IMG/VR virus record: IMGVR_UViG_3300014000_000001
Span: 32,001-96,000 of that record
Strand: one strand, 5' to 3'
DNA: 64,000 bases
From: a virus
Lineage: Duplodnaviria > Caudoviricetes
Shown: positions 1-9,800 of the stretch, piece by piece
How positions within the stretch are numbered: the first letter of the stretch is position 1
Layout of the letters: each line of letters begins with the position of its first letter
Program-made: the position numbers and the translations under genes
The notes under the pieces: generated by a model
Database searches by the model: none
Told to the model about the DNA's origin: nothing
The model's input: only the letters and a program-made list of their open reading frames with translations

Positions 1-53
1 AGATCGAAAATGCGAGCGATAAGATCGCTGCAAACGATGAACCATCACAGTGG

Positions 54-83
54 AAAGAAGCGGGGTAACCCGCTTCTTTTTTT
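54..83 (+). terminator. Intrinsic terminator-like hairpin
   Basis: AAAGAAGCGGG-GTAA-CCCGCTTCTTT followed by a T run and TATG. Confidence 0.75.
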
Positions 84-113
84 ATGACTGATAGATAATT
101 TGGAGAAAAAAGC

Positions 114-1520
114 ATGGCTGATAAAAATTTTATCTCCACACAAAGTGCTTGGAATGGTTCAATCACTTCAACGGAAACAACGAATAAAGCAAAACAGAGC
201 ACCTTAGATAAGGTAGCAAAGGCTCAAGTAAATGTAGTGGAAAACTCTAGCGCTGCTCAAGATCTTGAAAATCTAGCTCGTGGTAATTTCAGTCTATTTA
301 ATGGATTGGTTGGGGGTAAGAGTTCCTCTGGAGCTGTGGTTGATTCAAGTAAACTTTCCGAAGTGGGTTCGAATCTAACGGGCACAACTACTGGAACATT
401 AGGTGCGAATAATGGATTAGGTAGTTATGCAGATGCAGCAGGTAAAGTGAAACTCGCTCGACCTGTATTCACTGCGGGAACATCTGATGTTGGCGCTACT
501 GTTGATATTTATGGAGATACATTAAACTCCCCACAAAACAAAATCAAATCAGTGATTGGGGATGTGCTCGGGATTGTTAATACTGGTATTAGTGGTATCT
601 TGCAAGGCGAGTTAGCCAAAGCTAGAAACAAGATGAATCTAATCAGTGCTGTCACCGATAGCAATGTGGCTAAAGGTATTTTAGATCAGTACAAATCCAA
701 CCTACTCAACGGTGTTCCCTTAACCAATGACAGCATGAAGAGCATTCTGTATAAAGCGGTGGGCTATTCAGGCAATGATACCAGTTTTGCTAGTGCTCTT
801 GAAAATGCTAAGAAGACCATGCTCGGTGATATTGTTAAGAATGTAGATGGGTCAACAGGTTTAATTACATTATACAAGAATGCTGAGTTAGTCATCAAAG
901 GGGATTACAGTACCGCTGACGGTATCCTAAAGATGGTAGGTAACATTACCAGTAACACTTCGCTGGGTTCTTTTTTGGATTTAACTAACCAAATGAAACT
1001 CATTAGTGGAGTTACTAAAACCTTATATAACCTAGGCATTCCTGATATCTTTGAAGACATCTACAATAAACTCACCCATAATGATAAAGAACGTTATGTA
1101 CGGGAAAATATTGCGAGTGCTGCAAGTGAAGGTGATATAGACTTTGTTGAGTTTGCTTTGAAGTATTACAATGGCAGTTGGTTACTATCAAACTATCCAA
1201 ATATCATACGTTCAATCGTATCCTCGTATAAGCCCAAAACTGATTTAGATGGCAGTGTGTCTAAAGTTGAGTATGAAAGATTAGTTTCGATTTTAGCTCG
1301 AATTGATCCTGATTGGTGGGTAGCTAAAACAGTGAACGGAGTTAAGGTCGGGAACCTAAATGTATTTGCTAGTTTTAATAACCACGCGCGTCTTGCATTC
1401 TTAGCTACAGAGGATAGAAACATGATTCGTAACATGCTAATAGGTGAGAAGTACGGAACAGTATATAACACCATAGATGAATTACAAAAAAGACATCCTT
1501 ACTTTCCAATTAAACAATAG
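114..1520 (+). CDS. Hypothetical protein, probable virion structural protein (468 aa)
   Basis: Long ORF with GGAG SD; S/T/G/N-rich N-terminus; sits beside the tail module. Confidence 0.55.
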   Translation: MADKNFISTQSAWNGSITSTETTNKAKQSTLDKVAKAQVNVVENSSAAQDLENLARGNFSLFNGLVGGKSSSGAVVDSSKLSEVGSNLTGTTTGTLGANNGLGSYADAAGKVKLARPVFTAGTSDVGATVDIYGDTLNSPQNKIKSVIGDVLGIVNTGISGILQGELAKARNKMNLISAVTDSNVAKGILDQYKSNLLNGVPLTNDSMKSILYKAVGYSGNDTSFASALENAKKTMLGDIVKNVDGSTGLITLYKNAELVIKGDYSTADGILKMVGNITSNTSLGSFLDLTNQMKLISGVTKTLYNLGIPDIFEDIYNKLTHNDKERYVRENIASAASEGDIDFVEFALKYYNGSWLLSNYPNIIRSIVSSYKPKTDLDGSVSKVEYERLVSILARIDPDWWVAKTVNGVKVGNLNVFASFNNHARLAFLATEDRNMIRNMLIGEKYGTVYNTIDELQKRHPYFPIKQ

Positions 1521-1523
1521 CAT

Positions 1524-1555
1524 AATTAGAGTGCTCCATTTGGAGCACTCTAATT
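1524..1555. terminator. Bidirectional terminator between convergent genes
   Basis: 15-bp inverted repeat AATTAGAGTGCTCCA/TGGAGCACTCTAATT. Confidence 0.8.
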
Positions 1556-1563
1556 CGTTTATG

Positions 1564-3768
1564 CTAATTTGCAAGTGAACGGTTCAACTGTGGAACAGAT
1601 AATCCTGGAATACCTGCTAAAGCTCCGATGGTTACCATATTCTTCACACCACGACCTAAACTCGTATCATAAGCCCCCATCGTCCAGTTGCCAATTGACC
1701 AAAAACTATCCCAGTTACTTAATTTAAGTGCAATATTTCGTGAAAAACGTCTGGTTGGAATAATTTGATCTGCCATAGATAGGGCAGAGATAGTGTTAAG
1801 ATAATCATTGAAAGCATTATCATCATCAAAGATAGAACGTAATGGATTAAGTAAAGATGCGCCTGTATCAATTGGTGCGTGTAAAGTCTTATTCATGTCT
1901 TTTACACTAAAGGATACGTCAATGGCTAAAGGTTGATTACGTTGGTTAAACCCAACATTCCCCACACCCAACTCAACACTAAGTTGCTCAATGATACCGA
2001 GCTTACAATTCATTCGTCCCGGAGAAATAACTTGACAAAGGAATGGTGAAGTGTATTGTTGACGTCCTGTAGAGATTGGTAATGCTCCAGCTAAGATCAT
2101 GGCTAAAGGAACATAAAGTCCAATGAAACGAGATAACTTATTGGCATATGGAGTACGTAACTCCATTTTAAAAGATTCAGATGGGAAGGTTGCTGATGAA
2201 GATTCCCAATGTTCAGGAATATCTACATAAGCTGAACCAGCTAAATTAATTACCCCAGCTACATCTAAACCACTTAAAAAACCCATTGCACTATTTTTAA
2301 TCATCTTAATTGGTTCATCAATAAACCCAATCCCCGTATTACCGTTAGAGAATGTGAATCTATTGCTTGCTAAAGAAGATGAGAAACCATTGATTGTAGA
2401 TGAGATATCCGCTTCTTTGGTTGAGTTTGAAAAAGAACTAGAAATTGATCCAGTTGGCTCAACCCTAAAAGACACCCATTCATAAGCCCCATTGAAGTTA
2501 GCAATAATACTCTCTGCCATTTTAACACCCCAACCAATCCGCGCTTTAATACTGGTTGAATCATTTGGGTCACGTTTATAACTACTAAAGAAGTCAGCGT
2601 TACTATCTGATTCTGAAACAGCCTCAACTTGCTCTGCTGTCATTGGAGTGACAGTACCATCGCTGTTGGTTGTTGATTGAGTTGGATTGGTTTCTTGAAC
2701 CACATTACTTGCTTGAGCAGTTTCAATTGGTGTGCCTTCATCAGTAGAACTGGAGCGGTAAGCATTGGTCGTTGCAGTACCCCAAGTATCTTCTGGGAAT
2801 GTGGTATTACCATAATCTGTTTCATGGATTTTAAGTAAATCTCTTAATGAAGATTTACTTTCTCCACTATCCACGAGTTTAGATTTATACTCGTATTGAA
2901 GCATCATGTTATATAGATCAGTTTCATTTTGAATTTTACCATCTGTATAACTTTCTAATACCTTTCTGCGCGCATTAGCTAAGCGCTGAGTGCGTGTTGC
3001 GAGCTGGTAGATATCTATCCCGCCATTTTTCTTAAACAGCTCTGGAGCAGCTTTAAATGCAATATCGACGAGATTACGATAAGTTGCCGCATCAGTTGCA
3101 TTATCATCACTCATCTGCCCTTCGAATTCACGTTTACCCCAATCGATATTGTCTGGTTTTTGGTAGAGTCCTATATTGACTGCGATTGAGTTACAAATAA
3201 AATCTACCCGTTTCCAATACGCGTGCATAGTTGGGCGCATGGAATAATATTTAGATGAACCTCGATTAAGTAAAAACTTAGCAGCGGTACCAACAAGCAA
3301 TAAAGGTAGGAAACGTAAAGAGGTATAAATTCCTGCGACTTCACCAATTAAGAAAGTTAAAGGCACACGACCTAACCGCGCATAAAGCGCAGCTTCAATT
3401 GATCCCATCCCAACTAAGAACGAAACCATACCTCGGAAGGTTTGAACTCCAAAACACATATGGATTAAATGGGCATTGTCGTCGATTTGTTCTGAGTAAA
3501 ATTGTCCCATCCCGCGAGGTTGATCACCTTTTACCGAATCAGCTGCTAGACTAGATTGCCTTGGATCAGCAAAGCGAGTGTAGGCTGGCGGCATGTTAAT
3601 CGCCCAGTTACCACCGATACGAGTATCTGTAAATTTATTGTGTGCTGTAGTTGAATGTGCTGCGAATTGATATTGTTTTTTGATTTGTTCAACTGAAACC
3701 ATAAACATCTTTGCAGCCCAATCACTGTCACGTACGGGTCTTCCCCCGTTTTGTAAATATGCAGCCAT
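1564..3768 (-). CDS. Virion tail/baseplate protein, phiKZ gp182-like (734 aa)
   Basis: Directly downstream of the giant tail lysin as in phiKZ-like phages; motifs KFTDTRIGGN-x-AIN and YTSPFLCQ. Confidence 0.65.
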   Translation of the reverse strand: MAAYLQNGGRPVRDSDWAAKMFMVSVEQIKKQYQFAAHSTTAHNKFTDTRIGGNWAINMPPAYTRFADPRQSSLAADSVKGDQPRGMGQFYSEQIDDNAHLIHMCFGVQTFRGMVSFLVGMGSIEAALYARLGRVPLTFLIGEVAGIYTSLRFLPLLLVGTAAKFLLNRGSSKYYSMRPTMHAYWKRVDFICNSIAVNIGLYQKPDNIDWGKREFEGQMSDDNATDAATYRNLVDIAFKAAPELFKKNGGIDIYQLATRTQRLANARRKVLESYTDGKIQNETDLYNMMLQYEYKSKLVDSGESKSSLRDLLKIHETDYGNTTFPEDTWGTATTNAYRSSSTDEGTPIETAQASNVVQETNPTQSTTNSDGTVTPMTAEQVEAVSESDSNADFFSSYKRDPNDSTSIKARIGWGVKMAESIIANFNGAYEWVSFRVEPTGSISSSFSNSTKEADISSTINGFSSSLASNRFTFSNGNTGIGFIDEPIKMIKNSAMGFLSGLDVAGVINLAGSAYVDIPEHWESSSATFPSESFKMELRTPYANKLSRFIGLYVPLAMILAGALPISTGRQQYTSPFLCQVISPGRMNCKLGIIEQLSVELGVGNVGFNQRNQPLAIDVSFSVKDMNKTLHAPIDTGASLLNPLRSIFDDDNAFNDYLNTISALSMADQIIPTRRFSRNIALKLSNWDSFWSIGNWTMGAYDTSLGRGVKNMVTIGALAGIPGLSVPQLNRSLAN

Positions 3769-3796
3769 GATGGTATCCTAATTCATTATCATAAAA

Positions 3797-3828
3797 AATC
3801 AATGGGGAGCCTAGGCTCCCCATTGATT
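3797..3828. terminator. 32-bp perfect palindrome/terminator after the tail lysin
   Basis: AATCAATGGGGAGCCTAGGCTCCCCATTGATT; T run on the minus strand. Confidence 0.8.
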
Positions 3829-6800
3829 AAGCTGGTTTTTTCACAGAGATTGGATTAGTAACATCGGCAAACGGAGAAACTGGTGCAGGTTTACTCAGCA
3901 CATCTTTCTTTACTTCAAGTTGCGGGATAGTTAATCCTTGTTTGGTAATTGCAGAGTTTTCCTGAGAATTACTATTGGGATTAATCGATCTATTCGTACT
4001 TGAAGTGTTGCCGACCAATTGTTCAAGTAACGATAGTATCTTCTCCTGAACAACCAACTGTTTACCCAAAATCACATTAGTCTCACCCGACGGTGCTACA
4101 GTTTGTGGAGGTGGAGTATAAGTTTGACTGCTTGTTGTGGAAGCACTGCCATTACTGATTGAGTTCATTGTTTGGCTTACTTTAGCTGAACTATTCGATT
4201 TTGCAATTGGGGTATTGGCAATCGCTTGTGTACCCGCAGAAGCCTTAGCTGTTTCAGGAGCAACCATGTTCGTCGGCACTGCCCCAGTTTTACATAACTG
4301 AGATTGAGCACGAAGAATATAATGTTTAGCGCCTGAGGCTTTAGAGCTTGGGTACATTTGGTTCTGAGTAAAATCAGAGATCCAAGCCGTGCCATTGAAA
4401 ATACAGATATGTCCATATGGGGTTGGTTTACCTGTTTTATCAGTATATGAGCCTCTATCGAAACAAGCGATATCCCCTTTTTGAGGTTTAACCGTATTGA
4501 TCGTTCCAACATTGACCCATCCTAAGGATTGTAAAGCTTGCATGAGCTGATATGCGTGACCGAAACCACCTTTAATCTGACCCTTTAAATCTCCAGACTG
4601 TAAAGCAGCTCGAACATATTCAGCACACTTCCCTACATTCAAACCTTGACGCCACGGACCTTTACTTCTAGCTGTTACTGTTTGTGCGATTTTATCAATA
4701 TCCCAATCTGGAGCATTGGTAACTTTAGCAGTAGTAACCGCTTGAGCCTTTTGCGCAGTTGGACTAGATAAAGGAGTTGGTGTGGACTTATTCCCATACT
4801 TCGCATCCAGTGAAGCCATGGCGTTACCTATAATTCCACCCGCTTGCTTATTGGTTGCAGTCGGGGCAGCAATGGTTGGAGGTAAAGTAGTCGTAGCTTT
4901 TTGCGATTGTGGTTGAACTGGAGCGTTACGTTGAGTAAATGCATTACTGGTTTGAGATGAACCTTCTTTAGAAGCAGATGCATTTCTTGCAGTGAAAGCA
5001 TTATTAGTTGTCGTAGAAGATTCAAATCCTTTAGGATCTTTAGCCATTTGGGAATATTTCGCCCAATACTTCTTACGGTCTTCTAATCCGTTTAATCCCC
5101 CGTTCACTGCTTTTGTTGCACCGATAATATCGCCGCGTTGAGCAGCAGCTCTTCCACGTTTAGTCATGTTCGGATGCTGTGTCCAAAACCACACAGTGGC
5201 TAAACTTGCCCACGGTTCTTTTTCAACTAACTCAGGTTTACTTACAAAGTCCTGCCCTGCCCATTTAGAGAAAGCTGCATAGTTTGCTTTTCCTGTTAAC
5301 TGTATATAACCGCGACCTTTATATTTAGCTCCATCATTTGGACCATTGCCTAAATCTCTACGATTATTGTATTTGGCAAAATCAGCATCTTTACCGTATT
5401 CCCTCGTGGTTTTAAACCCGTTAGATTCATGAGCAGCTTGAGATAAAAGCATCGCTAGTTCAGTTGGATTGGTTATTCCAGCTTTCTTGGCGGTAGTTAT
5501 CAAGTTTTGTTCAGCTGCCTTGGCGTTACCGCCTCCGATTGAACTTACCTGATCACCCAACCATTGTCCAGCACTGTAAACACCACCTAACCCAACAGCG
5601 TTAGCGGCTAACCCAGCTGCATCACCAATGCCATCCATTGTTTCGCCAAAGTTACCACTTGTTATTTTATTCCAAGCAGTTGCTGCAGCGCTCTGGAAGT
5701 TTTTGATTTTGCTAGTGAGTCCGTCGATCATTTTATCGAATAAACTATCGGTCTGCTTATTGGCTTCTTGAGTCGTTTTTACGATTGCTTCTCGGTTTTG
5801 TTTCACTACAGCTTGAGCAGCTAATGACTGATATTTGACTGCCTTATTCGCCTCATCTACCGCTGTCTTGGTGGAAGGTGTTTTGGGCTTGTCTTTACCA
5901 TCTTTATTCATTTGCTTTTCAACTGCTTTGTCAGCTTCCGATTTACCTTTCTTATTCGCATCTAAAGGTGCATCTTCTGTTGCTGTTAAAGCTTTAGCTT
6001 TCTCAGGAGGTTTTGGAAGTTGAGAAATCTTATCTCTTAATTTACGAGAGATCTTCTCAACATCATTCATTCCCATTTCACATCGATCTGGATCTTCAAA
6101 CGGTGATTGTTTAATCATGTAAGGATTATGTTCAGTCGCTGTGAAATGGACTCCTTTTAAAAGTTGGGTTTGTTGACCGCGATCAAGCTTTTGTAAATCC
6201 ACAATATCAGGTTTACCAAGGATTTGTTTTAAGGTTTGGGCGTAAGAAGCAAACACTCTTAGGAAACGTTCTTTAAACCAAATCGAGAATGCAGGTAAGC
6301 GTTCTTGTTGTTCGGCAATATCTTGACCGTTTTCATCTTTAAACCCACAGATCTTCAAGATTTCATCAACGGCTTTTTGATCTTCCTTAAACGAAACACT
6401 TTTCACACCTACTTGGATTAGGCTTTGCGCGATGGTTTCCATCTTGGCAATCTTATCAGTAATTCCTGAGTCATTATGGTCGAAACCATATTGAGCCATT
6501 CTGAATCGATTCCAAGGGTTCTTACCATCTTTCCACATATTGTAAAGTGCTTTACCACCATACCATGCGATGGTTGCAGCAATACCCCACGGAGTAAGTA
6601 AACGGGCTCCTTTGAGTAACCAACTCGCAGTAGTAATACCACCACGAATCATAGCTCCAGTACCTGCCCAAGTTCCGGCACCTACTCGTGCAGCACCTGA
6701 AGCAACCTTACCAAGTGTTCCTGCCATTCCTGGAAGTTTAGTCGCAAGTTTAGTCGCGCCCCAAGCCGCGGCTTGACCAGCGCCTTTAACCCCAGCAACT

Positions 6801-9800
6801 GCACCTTTACCTAGAAGTTTACCACCTCCACCAACAATACCTTTAGCAAGCTTCCATGTTGCTCCTGGGAACATCATTGCGGCGTAAGGACCGTATGTCT
6901 TGACAAGATCCCAAGCTTTACTACCCATTCCTTTTTCAGGTTCTTGCTTATAAGGATCTTCTTTGGTATTTGGATCACCAGCTTCTGCATCGCCAGTCCA
7001 ATGTTGATAACCTTTGTAACCAGCATATGCAAGTCCAGCAGTGGCTAAACGTCCAGTCGTACTCCCTAACATCCATTTAGCTGCACCAAGTAAACCCTTA
7101 CCCTTACCGCCTTTACCTTCACCTACACCTGGAAGCAAGGCACCTAACAAACTACCGATAGGACCACCGCCGAGTTTAAGCGATAAAGCGCTACCTAACC
7201 AACCAATAGAACCTTTAAGTAAAGTACCAAATCCACCCAGTAAAGATGAACCCAGCCCACCTAATATCATACCGAAAGGAGACATCAACCCTTTAATTAA
7301 TTTCGAGATCCAAGATTCTTTCTTCTCTTTCTTCTCTTTCGGGTCTTTATCTTTACCTTTCTTGTTCTTGGCATTATCACGCTGGTCAGCCCAAGAACCT
7401 TTACGGAAGAAGTTCGTGAGTCCACGCATACCACCTTTAAACTTAGCAAGGGTTTGAATGTTTTTACCTGAAACCGTTTCAAGTCCAGTTTTAAGATCAG
7501 CTTCTGAGACAATAGTATTGCCTTTTTCGTCTTTGACTCCAGCCAATAAATCAGCATAGTCTTTGACAGGTTTACCATTGTCTGCACGGAAGTATTTACC
7601 TGACTTAATATCCATTGCCTTAATGAGAATGTCTTTTTGACCTTTGATACGAACATCTTCGATCTTAGTGATCATCTCATCGGCTTTATTCGCTCCAATG
7701 CGTTTCATGATTTGAGCATGGCGATGTAAACCACCAAACAGTCCTTCAAACTCACCTGCATTGATGTGGATAGCTTTACCATCAACGGTCATTAACCCTT
7801 TCTTTAAATCCTCTTCAGTGATGAGAAGTTGTTTACCTGTATCCATGACTGGGCCATCAATAAACTCAGGAATGGTAATCACCTTACCTGTCTTTTGACT
7901 TAAGTAGTGATTACTTTCAAATCCTTTCTTAGTTAAGACTGGAGTACTTGGGTTACCTTTGATATACACGTCGTAAGCAATTTTACGTTTCTTAATTTCA
8001 TCTTCAAAGAGTTCTTGGCGTTTATCCCCAGACATCTTTAAGAAGTTCATGAAGGCTTTACCTTTCGCTCCAGGAAGAGCAGCTTCTTTAAGGTAAGAAC
8101 CGAAACGTTCGGTCGCCGACATCATCAGTGGAAGTTTAAGTTTTTCACCCATTGCATCAACGAGTTGCGGGAGTTCTTCAACCGTGATCTTAATGTAGAA
8201 CCCATGCTCATTTTGCATCATGACCGCACCACTGATCCCGCTGTGGCTTTTGATCGGCTTGTCTTTACAGAATACTTTCTCTGCTTTAAACTGAGCAGCA
8301 GTAATACGTGGTTCGGTCTCACCTGCAATATAGATATCAATTGGGTTATTGTCGTAGTTTAGCCCGACTCGTTTTTCACCCATTGCAGACATCCAATTCA
8401 ATGCCTTACCACCATACTTGTTCACATACTTAGATGCATACTTTTGATATACTTCATTGGTACGTTTAAATGCCATGTTACGATATTGTTTAAGCTTAGA
8501 GATTTTCACATGTTCTTTTTCATTGTTAAAAAGTCCATCTGTTAATTGCTCTTCGGTTAAAACAACATTACCTTTATTTTGGACATCAATAACAGGACCC
8601 GTAATATCATGGTGGCTCCACAGAATGTTTCCTGTGTTCTTATCCATATAGCGACGTTCTTTAAAGCCCTCGGCAGTAAGGAGGAGCTTACCATTACGAT
8701 CGTAGATATCGATTGGTTTATCAAGAATAAACTTATCACGAGCATTCTTGGCTTTTTCCAAAGTGTCTCTAAAGCGTTCGGACTGTGCAAGGATAGCATA
8801 ACGTTTGCCTGCATATTCAGTTGCTGACATATAACGACGATTGGCTTCTTGCAAACCTAGCATTCGATATGGCTTACCTGCACGGGTTACAATCTCATTG
8901 TTGGCCAAATCGACAAATGAAACAATCACCGCACCTTCTTTATCAACAACAGTACCCGTCACCTCAGATGGGTTCTTAATCACACTGCCTGATTTTTGAT
9001 CAATGTATTCATGATTTCTAAACCCTTGTTTGGTTAAGAACGGAGTTCCTTTTCCTTTAAAGTAAAGATCAATTGGAAGATTAAACATCTTCGGATTTTC
9101 AGCTTCTTTTAAAGTTTGCGAAACCGCAGTCATGGTACGATCACGATCAAGTAAATGACTCTTAGTACTCATCCCTAGATTCTTAGCTGATTTCCAACCG
9201 GCTTGACCTAAAGACTTGCCTGTACTCCATGCGTCAGAACCAATCTTTTTACCAATGCCTGCTAGAGAGTTGACAATCTCAACATTAGTTCCCTCACCTT
9301 TAGGATCAATAAAACGATTAAACTTATCGTGAAGTTTATTGATTCCCATCTTACCTAAGCGAGAAGCATAAGCTTTAGGATCAGCCTTGGCTTTAGCTTG
9401 TTGTTGCTTCGTCCAGAGTTTCATCCCGTTCGCAAGACGACGTTTAGCAGGAAGCTTCTTATTAAGAACTGAAGCCATTTCTTCTTTGGTGAAGTTACCT
9501 ACACTAATATCTAAAGCTTGCCAGATTTTCTCAACTGCCATTTCTTCTTGCTCGTTAGCAAACTCTTTAGCTTTTGAGGTTAATCCTTTTAGACGCGCAC
9601 CTTCTTTAAATTCTTTCTCTGACTTAAACCCAAACAAGCGGTAATAAACACTGTTGATGGTATTGTCAGAGTTGATTAAAGGAGCCCCTAGCTTGTTGAT
9701 GGATTCGAGTAATGTTTTGTTGAAATCAGTAGCATCTTTAGAAACTACATATTCACCACCATGGGTTTTCACCAAATGCTCTTGATCGGGTTGCCCCTTA

